The notes under the pieces: model-generated
The model's input: only the letters and a program-made list of their open reading frames with translations
What the model was told of the DNA's origin: nothing
Database searches by the model: none
Position numbers and translations under genes: made by a program
Source of the DNA: Gemmatimonadota bacterium
GTDB lineage: Bacteria > Latescibacterota > UBA2968 > UBA8231
DNA: 55,344 bases
Direction: 5' to 3'
Assembly: GCA_038153405.1 (NCBI GenBank)
Contig: JAYOYH010000031.1
Span: 1-55,344, forward strand
Part shown: one piece after another, positions 1 to 9,483 of the stretch
Numbering within the stretch: the first letter of the stretch is position 1
Layout: the number at the start of each line of letters is the position of its first letter

Positions 1-1193
1 CGGTGGGCGATTGGATCCGGCGTGCCGTCGGGATCGCCGCTGTTGACAAACCCGTCCGTTTGGATCCCGCCTAGCAGCAGCAGACCGGCCACGTGCGGGG
101 CGGCCATGCTGGTGCCGCTGTAGACGACCGTGCCGCCGTCCTTGGACAGCGATTCGACGTCTACGCCCGGCGCCGCATAGTCTACCGGCGGGTTGCCGTA
201 GTTGCTGAAATAGGCGAAGTCGTCGTTACTATCGGTTGCCGATACCGTGTAGATGTTCGGGCCATTGGTGCGCGCCGGCGTGTAATCGTTGGCATCGGCC
301 GACGAATTACCGGCTGCCAGCGAGAAAGCAATGCCCTGCGCGGCGGCGTTTTGCACGGCGTTTTCCATGGTGGCCGACGAGCCGGAACCGCCTAGGCTCA
401 TATTGGCCACGTCCCCAGGGTTGCCCACGCTGGCTACGTAGTCAATACCGGCGGTGATCCAACTGGTGTAGCCGGAGCCTTGGTTATCGAGCACGCGAAC
501 GGCCACGACCGTTGCACCGGCCGCGACGCCAACCACGTCGCAGTCGTTGTCGATAGCGGCAATAGTGCCGGCTACGTGCGTGCCGTGCCCGTTGCCGTCG
601 CGGCCGCCGTTGTCGCGTCCGCGCGTGACGAAGTTCCTGCTCAGGTTGGCATCGAGGTTGAGGTCGTCGACCGGGTTAACGCCCGAGTCGATGACGAAAG
701 CGCGCTTGCTGCTGCCGCTCATATCGACCGAGCCGCCGATGCGCGTGATGCCCCAGGGTACGGTTTCTGCTTGGCAGTTGCTGCCGCCATCACCACCAGG
801 GCCTTTGCCGTTGCCGGGCTTGCTAATCGACCACACGCGATCCTGCTCGACCCAGCGCACGCCGGGCTCGTTGGCCAGCTGTGCGGCGGCGGCCTGAGAC
901 AGGCCGTTGAGCGAAAAGCCGCGCAGCGCGCGGGTGTATACGTGCTCGGCCTGCGCGTTGTAGCGGGTCGCGGCTCCGCGCGCTCGTGCCCCTACTTCGT
1001 CGGCATTCAACTCGTTTTCTAAGACGACGATGTACCGACCCGGCACGGAGGGTGCAGCTATTTTGCTGGCGGGCTGTATGGCGGGTTCTTCTGAGCTGAT
1101 CAGTGAACTATCGCGCGTCGAATCGCCACAGCCGACCCAGCCGACAGTCAGGCCAAGCAGAGCGATGCGAAGCGCATGATGTGCAATGCGCAT
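1..1193 (-). CDS. S8 subtilisin-like serine protease, probable lipoprotein with I9-like propeptide (3' end runs off the window)
   Basis: Translated by hand because it is not in the ORF track. ATG at 1193 follows GGAGG. N-terminus MRIAHHALRIALLGLTVGWVGC is lipobox-like; VPGRYIVV propeptide start; catalytic motifs FVIDSG, HGTHVAG and GTSMAAPHVAG. Confidence 0.93.
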   Translation of the reverse strand, partial: MRIAHHALRIALLGLTVGWVGCGDSTRDSSLISSEEPAIQPASKIAAPSVPGRYIVVLENELNADEVGARARGAATRYNAQAEHVYTRALRGFSLNGLSQAAAAQLANEPGVRWVEQDRVWSISKPGNGKGPGGDGGSNCQAETVPWGITRIGGSVDMSGSSKRAFVIDSGVNPVDDLNLDANLSRNFVTRGRDNGGRDGNGHGTHVAGTIAAIDNDCDVVGVAAGATVVAVRVLDNQGSGYTSWITAGIDYVASVGNPGDVANMSLGGSGSSATMENAVQNAAAQGIAFSLAAGNSSADANDYTPARTNGPNIYTVSATDSNDDFAYFSNYGNPPVDYAAPGVDVESLSKDGGTVVYSGTSMAAPHVAGLLLLGGIQTDGFVNSGDPDGTPDPIAH

Positions 1194-1233
1194 GATGCCT
1201 CCAGGAAACGGAGTTGAATAAAAAATGGACAAA

Positions 1234-1300
1234 TAAAAGCGCTTTTAATATAAGAAACACAGCGAGAAAAACAACTGTTTTCCGTCATATTGACCAATAT
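1234..1300. promoter_or_regulatory. AT-rich divergent promoter region with three palindromic candidate operators
   Basis: TAAAAGCGCTTTTA at 1234-1247 (perfect palindrome); AAAACA-AC-TGTTTT at 1268-1281; ATATTG-AC-CAATAT at 1287-1300. Confidence 0.5.
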
Positions 1301-1355
1301 AGATAAATTAATAGATTGTCATTGATGAACCAGTATATAGTGGACTTCCTTATGT

Positions 1356-4300
1356 ATGACACCCATTGCAGATGGAGATAAGACCGTGTTGTTGGTCATA
1401 AACAGATGGCGTGCTGCGACGGCAGTGGTGGTGGCCTTGCTGCTGTCCATGCCTACCTGTGCCGATGCATTGACCGTGCGGGGGCAGGTGCGCGACGCAC
1501 AGGGCCGGCCCGCCGTCGGCGTCGAAGTGCGTTTTGTCAGCCAAGCGGTCATTGGAGAGACCGTCTCCGTGCACACAGACACAGCGGGTTTCTATCGGGC
1601 GGCGGTATCTCGCTCGACAAACGTAATGGATGCAGTCGGCTCGCTGCCAGCGGCACACGCGCTCTTGCCCAACTATCCCAATCCCTTCAACCCCTCCACG
1701 CGCTTACGCTACCAAGTTGGCCTTGGTGAGCACGTGCGGCTGCGCATCTACAATGCGCTGGGACAGGCTGTATATACACTCGTCGATGCGCCGCATGAGC
1801 CCGGGCACTACGCCGTGGATTGGGATGGGCGTTTGGCAAGCGGGCGCGGGGCTGCCGCCGGGGTATACATCGTGCGACTTGAGTCGGCCCACGCCTATCT
1901 GACGCGCAAAATAACCTTGTTGGATGGCTCGGCTACGCGATTGGCAGCACCAAAGCGCGCGCAGGACAGCCCGGAGGCCTATCGCGCCTATCGCGTGCAC
2001 ATCCGCGCCCCGTTTATTGAGCCGTTTGATCGAGACGGCCTGCATATCGCTGCCGATACGAGCCTCGACTTTAGCGTGGAACGCTATGCGAATTTTGTGC
2101 ACGCCGTGCCGGCGGGAAGCGCCATCGGTGCGGTGCTGGCACGGGCCGTTGCCGGCGATACCTTGGCGCTGGCGGCCGGCACGTATGCCGAGCAACAGAT
2201 TGCGCTGCGCCCAGGCGTCGCCCTGCGCGGTGCCGGTCGCGGGCGGACCGCGCTCGTCGATAGCTACCTATTGGCAGAGGGCGTAGACAGCGTGCACGTG
2301 CGCGATCTCACGCTGCGCGCTGGCCGCGTGCCCGGTCGGTCCGCCGTCGAGCTATCGCAGGGCTACCTGGCGCTGTTGCGCTGTCGCATTGAGAACGAGA
2401 TGGGTCCGGCTATTGAACTGGGCTCGGGCGGGCAACTGGTCGCGCAGGAGAGCGAGCTGGACGCAGCGGCTGCGGGGATCGCGCTGCGCGCGGGTCCTGG
2501 CACTCAAATCGACGTGCGGCAGAGCCGGCTAGACGGCGGCGTGTACATGGCTGAAGGGGCGCGCGGACAGCTCGTGGGAAACAGACTGCGCGGTGCTCAG
2601 CACGGGCTGCAGTTGATTGGCGCGCAGGCCCAGGTGCGCGCCAACACCTTTGTGGGCATAGACCGGCGCTACGTCGGCATTCGCACGATGGGTGAGGCCG
2701 AAGTCGCTCTCATCGATAACGCGGTCTCTGGCTATGCAGCCGGCATCCAGGTCGTGGGCCCCAGTGCGCCGGAAATGAGTGACAACCGCTTGAGTGACAA
2801 TGCCGTGGACGTTCAGCGCGTATCCGTGCAAACGGCCTGTCTCGACGAGTTGGCCCTGGGGATGCAGCAGCTCAAGTCGGGCCGTTTTCAGCACGCCCTT
2901 ACCACGTTTTTCGCCGCCGGTCAGCTAGCCCCCTTTGAGCAGTTGGGGGTGCAGGCACTGTTCTACATGGCCGTTTCGCATATGCGCATGGACTATTTTG
3001 CCGGGGCGATTCCCCTGCTGGAACAGGTGCTCGACATGGATCCCGAACATCCGCTTGCCCGCTGGCACCGGCGACTGTGCGCGCTGAAAATCGGCGGCGA
3101 TCCCGGGACACTGCCCGACCGCTATCGGTTCGACATGGTGCCCATGCCGCCGCCCCTTCGCCCTCCCGTGCGGTTTGAAGACGTCGCGCCCCAAGCTGGG
3201 GTTGATCAGCGCAGTATGGGACGTGGTTCGGCATGGCGCGATATGGATGGCGACGGCTGGCTCGATCTGATAACAGTTGAAGACGATGGGCCACACAAGC
3301 TCTACCGCAATCGGAGCGACGGCACCTTTGTAGATATAGCCGAGCAGGCGGGGATTGCCGATCCGCTCGGCGGGTGGAGCGCCCTGTGGGTCGATTACGA
3401 CAACGACGGCGATGGCGACCTATTTGTCACCCGCGACGGGTTTAGCGGCCTGTCGCGCAACACGCTCTTCCGCAACCGGGGCGATGGGACCTTCGCCGAT
3501 GTGACGGATGCTGTAGGACTGGGAGAGGTCAGCGATAGTTTCTGCGCCGCTTGGGGTGACTACGACAACGACGGGCGCGTCGATCTCTACATTGGCAACG
3601 GGATTGCGCAGAAGGGCGCGCCCAATGCGCTCTATCGGAACAATCTCGACGGACCGTTTTCCGACGTCACGCGCGCAGCCGGCGTCGCCAACGGCCTCGG
3701 TGCGACCATTGGCGTTTCGTGGGGCGACTACGACAACGACGGCTGGCTCGATCTCTATGCGGCCAATAACGGCATGGATAATGCGCTCTATCACAACGGA
3801 GGCGACGGCGTCTTTGAAGACCGAGCGCGGGAAGCGGGTGTTACCGAGCCAGTCTTCGGCTTTGTCAGCTTTTTTATCGACTACGACAACGACGGCTGGC
3901 TCGACCTATTTGTCTCGAACAATGCGCTGTGGTTAGCCGATGTAATTCGGAGCGCACAGCGCGGCGGGCCGGGTGGATTCGAAGGCAACCGTTCGTTTTT
4001 CTACCGCAATCGCGGAGACGGCACGTTTGTCGATATAGCGCCGGGATCGGGATTGGATCGCACGCTGGGCACGATGGCGGCTACCTACGGCGACGTCGAC
4101 AACGATGGCTATGTCGACTTGTACTTGGCCAACGGCGGGCCGACGATGGATCGCTTCGAGCCCGACCTGATTATGGCCAGCAACGGCGATGGTACCTTTG
4201 CTGAAATCAGCGCTTACAGCGGGCTATACTTGACGGGCAAGGGACACGGTCCGGCTATGGGTGACTACGACAACGACGGGGATTTGGATATCTACTCGCC

Positions 4301-4649
4301 GCAGGGGGGCGTTGGTGGTAACGCTGGCAATATTCAACCCAACCACCTGCTGCGCAACCGGGGAACGGACGGTGGCTGGTTGGTCGTGCAGTTGGAGGGA
4401 CGCGCCAGCAATCGCGATGCGGTAGGTGCAGTCGTTATCGCTACCATCGGCGAGCGCGTGCATCGGGCTACCGTCGACGGTGGCAGCGGTTTTGGCGTGA
4501 CCAATAGCCTGCCCATCGAACTGGGGTTGGGTGCCGCGCGTCAGGTCGACCACCTGCGCATCGACTGGCCCAGCGGCCAGACGGACTATTTCTACGACGT
4601 GGAGGCCAATCAGGTGCTGCGCGTGGTCGAGGGCAGCACGCAGAACTAA
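1356..4649 (+). CDS. Secreted multidomain protein: carboxypeptidase-regulatory-like, FlgD/T9SS-CTD-like, right-handed beta-helix, TPR, FG-GAP repeats, ASPIC/UnbV (CRTAC1-like)
   Basis: Signal peptide; NYPNPFNP..WDG..GVYIVRL motif; repeated D(Y)DNDGxxDL; C-terminal SNRDAVGA..LGLG..IDWPSG. The true start may be GTG at 1386 (GGAG upstream). Confidence 0.88.
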   Translation: MTPIADGDKTVLLVINRWRAATAVVVALLLSMPTCADALTVRGQVRDAQGRPAVGVEVRFVSQAVIGETVSVHTDTAGFYRAAVSRSTNVMDAVGSLPAAHALLPNYPNPFNPSTRLRYQVGLGEHVRLRIYNALGQAVYTLVDAPHEPGHYAVDWDGRLASGRGAAAGVYIVRLESAHAYLTRKITLLDGSATRLAAPKRAQDSPEAYRAYRVHIRAPFIEPFDRDGLHIAADTSLDFSVERYANFVHAVPAGSAIGAVLARAVAGDTLALAAGTYAEQQIALRPGVALRGAGRGRTALVDSYLLAEGVDSVHVRDLTLRAGRVPGRSAVELSQGYLALLRCRIENEMGPAIELGSGGQLVAQESELDAAAAGIALRAGPGTQIDVRQSRLDGGVYMAEGARGQLVGNRLRGAQHGLQLIGAQAQVRANTFVGIDRRYVGIRTMGEAEVALIDNAVSGYAAGIQVVGPSAPEMSDNRLSDNAVDVQRVSVQTACLDELALGMQQLKSGRFQHALTTFFAAGQLAPFEQLGVQALFYMAVSHMRMDYFAGAIPLLEQVLDMDPEHPLARWHRRLCALKIGGDPGTLPDRYRFDMVPMPPPLRPPVRFEDVAPQAGVDQRSMGRGSAWRDMDGDGWLDLITVEDDGPHKLYRNRSDGTFVDIAEQAGIADPLGGWSALWVDYDNDGDGDLFVTRDGFSGLSRNTLFRNRGDGTFADVTDAVGLGEVSDSFCAAWGDYDNDGRVDLYIGNGIAQKGAPNALYRNNLDGPFSDVTRAAGVANGLGATIGVSWGDYDNDGWLDLYAANNGMDNALYHNGGDGVFEDRAREAGVTEPVFGFVSFFIDYDNDGWLDLFVSNNALWLADVIRSAQRGGPGGFEGNRSFFYRNRGDGTFVDIAPGSGLDRTLGTMAATYGDVDNDGYVDLYLANGGPTMDRFEPDLIMASNGDGTFAEISAYSGLYLTGKGHGPAMGDYDNDGDLDIYSPQGGVGGNAGNIQPNHLLRNRGTDGGWLVVQLEGRASNRDAVGAVVIATIGERVHRATVDGGSGFGVTNSLPIELGLGAARQVDHLRIDWPSGQTDYFYDVEANQVLRVVEGSTQN

Positions 4650-4656
4650 TTGGCGG

Positions 4657-5442
4657 CTAGGCGGGCTTGCGCAGCATCCACACCTGCTCGCTGGGATAGC
4701 GCTGTGCCCAGGCGGCCGACACGCCAAAGGGCGAGCCCTGCGCATGACTCGGCGCAGCCAGTTCTAAATAATCTTCAATGACAAAGCCCGTCGTAGAAAA
4801 GAGCCGGACCCACGACGAGATGGTCAGGTTGAACTCCACGCCGCCGGGGTCGACCTCTACGCTGCGCCAGTCAAAGCGGTGCATGCCGAAGTAGGGGCGT
4901 TCCAATCGGGTCGTGGTCTCTGATCCATCGGTCGGAACGCAGAGCTGTTGGATGGGTGAGTTACCCAAGAAAATCAGTCGGCCATCGGGCCGCAGCAGGC
5001 GGTGCGCTTCGGGAATCCAGCGGTAGGGATCGGCCCAGATCGCCGCGCCGTACTCGCTGATGGCAAAGTCGAAGGTCTCGTCGGCAAAGGGCAACTGCTC
5101 GGCGTTGCCGTGCAGCGTCTGGAAGGCGAGGCCGTGCTCGGCCTGCAGGCGGCGGCAGGTGGCCAGCTGGTTGGCCGAATTGTCGACGGCGGTGACGACT
5201 GCTCCGCGCCGGACCATCCACGCCGATACGTAGCCGGTGCCGCAGCCCAGCTCAATGGCGTGCCGACCGGATAAGTCGTCGGGCAGCAGCGGCGCCTCTG
5301 CGTTGGGCACGCCCCACTGACCCCACTGCGGCTCGGACGCCCACAGGCGCTCGCCCGAAGCGACCCACTGGTCGGCCATGCCGTCCCAGTAGCGGCGATT
5401 TTCCCGCACGTGCTCGGGTAGCTGCTCGTCGGATGGGTCCAT
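4657..5442 (-). CDS. Class I SAM-dependent methyltransferase
   Basis: IELGCGTG motif I, GNAEQLPF, LLRPDG; GGAG RBS. Confidence 0.9.
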   Translation of the reverse strand: MDPSDEQLPEHVRENRRYWDGMADQWVASGERLWASEPQWGQWGVPNAEAPLLPDDLSGRHAIELGCGTGYVSAWMVRRGAVVTAVDNSANQLATCRRLQAEHGLAFQTLHGNAEQLPFADETFDFAISEYGAAIWADPYRWIPEAHRLLRPDGRLIFLGNSPIQQLCVPTDGSETTTRLERPYFGMHRFDWRSVEVDPGGVEFNLTISSWVRLFSTTGFVIEDYLELAAPSHAQGSPFGVSAAWAQRYPSEQVWMLRKPA

Positions 5443-5463
5443 AGGGTTTCTCCCCGTAGATAC

Positions 5464-5871
5464 TCAGCCTAAAATCGTTGCAACGAGTGTGCGCGCGCCG
5501 CCGCGGTTGCGAAACTCGCATAGGTAGATGCCCTGCCACGTGCCCAGACCGAGACGGCCCTGTGCAATGGGCACGCTGACGGAACTGCCCACCAGGGACG
5601 CTTTGATATGTGCCGGCATATCGTCGGGCCCTTCGAGCGTGTGCTCGTAATACGGGGCGTTTTCGCGCACCAGTTCGTCAAAACTGGTGGCGAAGTCGCG
5701 GCGCACCGTGGGGTCGGCGTTTTCGTTCAGCGTAAGACCGGCCGAGGTATGCTGGATAAATAGGTGCAATAGACCGATCTGGGGCAGGGGGGGCAGCGCG
5801 GCGTCGACGTGGTGCGTTACCAGGTGGAAGCCGCGCGGATAGGCCGGTAGGTGGAAGGTCGTTTGGTCCAT
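5464..5871 (-). CDS. yjbQ: YjbQ/UPF0047 family protein (secondary thiamine-phosphate synthase)
   Basis: HTSAGLTLNENADPTV, DDMPAHIK, LGTWQGIYLCE. Confidence 0.92.
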   Translation of the reverse strand: MDQTTFHLPAYPRGFHLVTHHVDAALPPLPQIGLLHLFIQHTSAGLTLNENADPTVRRDFATSFDELVRENAPYYEHTLEGPDDMPAHIKASLVGSSVSVPIAQGRLGLGTWQGIYLCEFRNRGGARTLVATILG

Positions 5872-5884
5872 GCGCGATTGTACC

Positions 5885-8353
5885 TCAGCGCAGGCGCGCT
5901 GCTATTTGGCCTAGCAGCTGCACTAAGTGCTCACTTTGGGGCGAACCGCTGTCCCCCGTCAGCCCCGTCGTTAACGAAGCCAGTTCGTCGGCCAGCGCTT
6001 CGTCGCGTTTGCGCCACTTTCTCAGGCGCTTGTCCGCGCTTTCGAGTGCGTTTGTCAGCGCCGCGGCGATATCGGCATCGAGTGCTGCACTGCGCGCCAG
6101 CTGGTCGACGTAGGCCTGGGCCACGGCCGGCTCGGCGGGCCAAGTAAGGGGAAATTGCTGCTGCGGGTTAAAGCCCTTGCTATACTCGGCTAGGTGTGCC
6201 GCATCGATTTCCGCCTGGGATATATAGTCGCTCGGCGCCAGCGCCAACACGTCGAGGCCGCGCACGATTTCGGTGGCGTAGATGCGTCCGCCGTACCAGT
6301 AAGAAGACCAAAAACCGCCGGTGACCAGCGTTTCTTCGTCGATGGGACCGCGGTCGAAATAGCCGATTTCGACGGGGTGGGCCGAGTCGGTGAAGTCGAC
6401 CATGGAAAGGCCGCCCTGATACCACGACTGCACGAATACGTCGCGCCCGGGAATGGGCACGATGGAGCCGTTGTGCGCTACGCAGTTTTCCTCTTCGGTC
6501 TGTGGGGCCGGCATCTTGAAGTAGCTGCGAAATACCAGCTTGTCGTCGACGATGTCGTATATGGCGTCGGCGCCCCAGTCGAGCGGATCGTGCGCGCGAC
6601 AGCGCGGGCGGCTACCGCCGCCCCATTCGTCGGTAAAGATGACCTTGGTACCGTCGTTGTTAAAGGTGGCCGAATGCCAGTAGGCAAACCCCGCGTCGAC
6701 CGTCGCATCGATGCGGCGCGGGTTGAGCGGATCCGATATGTCGAAGAGAATGCCGTTGCCCGAACATGCTCCCGCGGCGATCTGCCGCGCCGGAAAAACG
6801 GTGATGTCGTGGCACTGATCGGTGCGCCGCGTGCTCTGCGTGTGGTCGCCGTGGTCGCCGCCGCGCCACAGCCCGGCTAGCGAGCCGGTTTCCGAGTCGG
6901 CAAATACGGCGGGGCTGGCAATAATGCGCGCCTGCGATGGATCGTCTACGGGAATTTCGATGATGTCGATGCGGAACAGCGCTGTGCGGCCGTCGCCCGG
7001 TGTGTCGTCTACGCAGCCGGCCAACTCTTCTTCGTCGCGAATGGACGAGGTGCCCGAATTGTAGACGATGAGTTTGCCATCTTGGCCGGGACCGGACACG
7101 ACCGAGTGCGTATGCGAGCCGCGGCAGGTTTGCACGGCGCCGACCTGTCTGGGCTTTTTTAGGTTGCTGATGTCAAAAATGCGCAACCCGCGAAAGCGCT
7201 CCTCGCTGATGTCTTCGCCGATACCATCTAAGCCGCAGTCGACGCGTCCGCGCGTTTGCTCGACGGACATCAGCAGTAAATCGCCGACGATGGACACGTC
7301 GCCCTGCCCGCCCGGGCAGACGATGGAGCTGACGTGTTTGGGGATGCCATCTTTTTGCAGCGTATAGAGGTTAAAGCCGTGGTAGCTGCCCACGGCTAGC
7401 ACGTCGCCGTCAAAGGCCATGTCGGTATTGGAAAAGCTCAGCAGGGGCGAGCGGTGCTCGTCGTCCCCTTTCTCACTTGCCGTGCTGTCGGCGCCAGTCG
7501 AATCGACGGCCGCTACCTGCTGCTCGCTGTGGTCAGCGGCTGCCGTTGTCGTGCTGTCGGCTTCTTCGGGCTTTGCGGGGGGCAGGCCCGCCGGGTTTTG
7601 CGGGTCGAAAAAGCCGGCGGGCTTGGGCAACGAGACGACTAACTGCAAGTTGAGAATGGCCTGCTCCGCGTCGTCAAAGCCGGCGCGCAGGCCGACGCGC
7701 GGATCGTCCGAGAGCGTGGCCAGCAGGGCGCTCATGCGCTCAATTTCTGCCGTCTGGTCGTTGGTGACGTCCGAGGTAAATTCAAATAGGACGGGATCGT
7801 AGGCCGAGCCGGGTTGGTCGAGTAGCTTTTCGACCATGTCGACGGCCCCTTCGTGGTGGCGAATCATCAGCTTGAGAAAGAGCCGATCAAATTCGGTGCC
7901 TTCTAGTGAGGCTAGCTCGACCATCTGCTCGGGCGTGGCCATGCCCATCATTTCGTGCGACATATGGGTGTGACCGTGGTGGGCGTGCAGGGGCTGTGCG
8001 CGCTCGTTCAACCAGCGCTCCATGAATTCAACTTCGTCGGCCTGCGACGAGTTGATGCGACCGGCGATGTCGATCAATTCGGAGCGGTTGGTGCGGTCGG
8101 CGACGAGGGCGGCCATCTCCAGAGCCTGTCCGTGGTGGGGAATCATATCCTGTATGAAGCGCACGTCGTCGCGCGAATAGCCCGTGTGAGCCAGCTGGGT
8201 TGCCTCTTCGGCGCTCAGCGTGCGACCGGGCTGTCCGGGGGCACCTGGGTTAATGATGGGCACGTCGGCGTGCGCCGATCCACCGGGCACGGACAGACCG
8301 ATAAGTGCGGCTGTAATAAATGCTCTACATCGTCCGATCCTGTGGGGTAGCAT
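5885..8353 (-). CDS. Secreted DUF305 plus LVIVD-repeat beta-propeller protein
   Basis: Paired MIPHH/MIRHH DUF305 helices, His/Met-rich linker, CPGGQGDVS, CHDITV, YWHSATF, CVAHNG. Confidence 0.85.
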   Translation of the reverse strand: MLPHRIGRCRAFITAALIGLSVPGGSAHADVPIINPGAPGQPGRTLSAEEATQLAHTGYSRDDVRFIQDMIPHHGQALEMAALVADRTNRSELIDIAGRINSSQADEVEFMERWLNERAQPLHAHHGHTHMSHEMMGMATPEQMVELASLEGTEFDRLFLKLMIRHHEGAVDMVEKLLDQPGSAYDPVLFEFTSDVTNDQTAEIERMSALLATLSDDPRVGLRAGFDDAEQAILNLQLVVSLPKPAGFFDPQNPAGLPPAKPEEADSTTTAAADHSEQQVAAVDSTGADSTASEKGDDEHRSPLLSFSNTDMAFDGDVLAVGSYHGFNLYTLQKDGIPKHVSSIVCPGGQGDVSIVGDLLLMSVEQTRGRVDCGLDGIGEDISEERFRGLRIFDISNLKKPRQVGAVQTCRGSHTHSVVSGPGQDGKLIVYNSGTSSIRDEEELAGCVDDTPGDGRTALFRIDIIEIPVDDPSQARIIASPAVFADSETGSLAGLWRGGDHGDHTQSTRRTDQCHDITVFPARQIAAGACSGNGILFDISDPLNPRRIDATVDAGFAYWHSATFNNDGTKVIFTDEWGGGSRPRCRAHDPLDWGADAIYDIVDDKLVFRSYFKMPAPQTEEENCVAHNGSIVPIPGRDVFVQSWYQGGLSMVDFTDSAHPVEIGYFDRGPIDEETLVTGGFWSSYWYGGRIYATEIVRGLDVLALAPSDYISQAEIDAAHLAEYSKGFNPQQQFPLTWPAEPAVAQAYVDQLARSAALDADIAAALTNALESADKRLRKWRKRDEALADELASLTTGLTGDSGSPQSEHLVQLLGQIAARLR

Positions 8354-8404
8354 ACGCGTATCTCCTCTTGGTGCAGAGCGCCTCGTTGGTGCACCGTCAA
8401 AAAG

Positions 8405-8863
8405 TTATGTGGGCAATTCTCTCTGCAAATAGTCCCCAATGCGCTCTTCGTTGCTCTGTGGCGTATAGTCGCGCTCTAGTAGTGAAGATGAAATTATAAA
8501 GTCGGCCGTCGCGCGATTACACGCCGTCGGCACGTTGTAGAGCACGCCGATGCGCAGCAGCGCTTTGACGTCGACGTCGTGCGGCTGCACGCTGATCGGA
8601 TCCCAGAGAAAGATCATGATATCGATCTTGCCTTCGCAGATCATGGCTCCCAGCTGCTGGTCGCCGCCTAGAGGCCCCGATTTCAGCTTGTGCAAATCGA
8701 GTGCCTGATCGCTCTTTTCGCGAAGGGCCTCTTCGACTAGACGCCCCGTCGTGCCGGTGCATATGAGTTTGTGCTTAGACAGGGTATGCCAGTTGAAGCG
8801 CACCCAGTCGATGAGGTCTTTTTTGCGGTTGTCGTGGGCGACTAAGGCAATGCACTTCTTCAT
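8405..8863 (-). CDS. mgsA: Methylglyoxal synthase
   Basis: ALVAHD, TGTTG, SGPLGGDQQ, PHDVDVKAL. Confidence 0.96.
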   Translation of the reverse strand: MKKCIALVAHDNRKKDLIDWVRFNWHTLSKHKLICTGTTGRLVEEALREKSDQALDLHKLKSGPLGGDQQLGAMICEGKIDIMIFLWDPISVQPHDVDVKALLRIGVLYNVPTACNRATADFIISSSLLERDYTPQSNEERIGDYLQRELPT

Positions 8864-8995
8864 CTGAATCCGCTTCCGCAGGCGTGCCTGCTGTGATGCA
8901 TATGGAGGGTCTATTGCGCACAGAGAAAATAAGGGATTCGCGTTGCTTTGCTAATGCGCGCTGCACCGCGGGCCAACAGAGCGTGGGGGGCGTGC

Positions 8996-9367
8996 CTACT
9001 CGGGAAATGCGCTGTCGAGAGCGGAGAAGAGCTGGTCTTTGGTAATGGGTTTGATGAGATAGCCTACGGGATCGGTCTCAGCCGCTTGGGCGCGCATGTC
9101 GGCCTGCGAGTACGATGTGATGTAGATGATGCGCAACTCCGGATCGATGGCGCGCAGGCGTCGACCCGTTTCGAGGCCGTCGATCTGTCCGGCCAGTTTG
9201 ATGTCGAGCATGGCTAAGTCAGGTGGGTTTTGCTGCGCCAGAACCAGTGCATCTTCGCCGCTGCTCGCCGTCGAGACATCTTCGTATCCCCGCTGATCTA
9301 AAAGATCCTGTAGGTGCAGAGCAGTTATGCCTTCGTCTTCTACGACGAGGATATGGCGCTGGGGCAT
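8996..9367 (-). CDS. Single-domain response regulator (REC)
   Basis: ILVVEDE, phospho-acceptor Asp in MLDIKL, YITS, YLIKP. Confidence 0.92.
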   Translation of the reverse strand: MPQRHILVVEDEGITALHLQDLLDQRGYEDVSTASSGEDALVLAQQNPPDLAMLDIKLAGQIDGLETGRRLRAIDPELRIIYITSYSQADMRAQAAETDPVGYLIKPITKDQLFSALDSAFPE

Positions 9368-9483
9368 GGGCGTTCTCCAGATGTGTTGGGCCAGGCCCGA
9401 GATGCTTTGCTAGGTGATGTAGACCGCGGGCCAATGCACCATAGTACAATAGCAAGCGCGTCGCTGTCGAGCAAGGTGGTCTC

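Noticed and set aside
93..1022. Plus-strand ORFs listed in the ORF track
   Set aside because: Antisense to the minus-strand subtilase, which the track missed because its stop lies outside the window.
3230..4295. Recurrent GACTACGACAACGACGG repeats suggesting a CRISPR or tandem array
   Set aside because: They are in-frame FG-GAP D(Y)DNDG codons with irregular spacing of about 160-200 bp inside a CDS; no cas genes are present.
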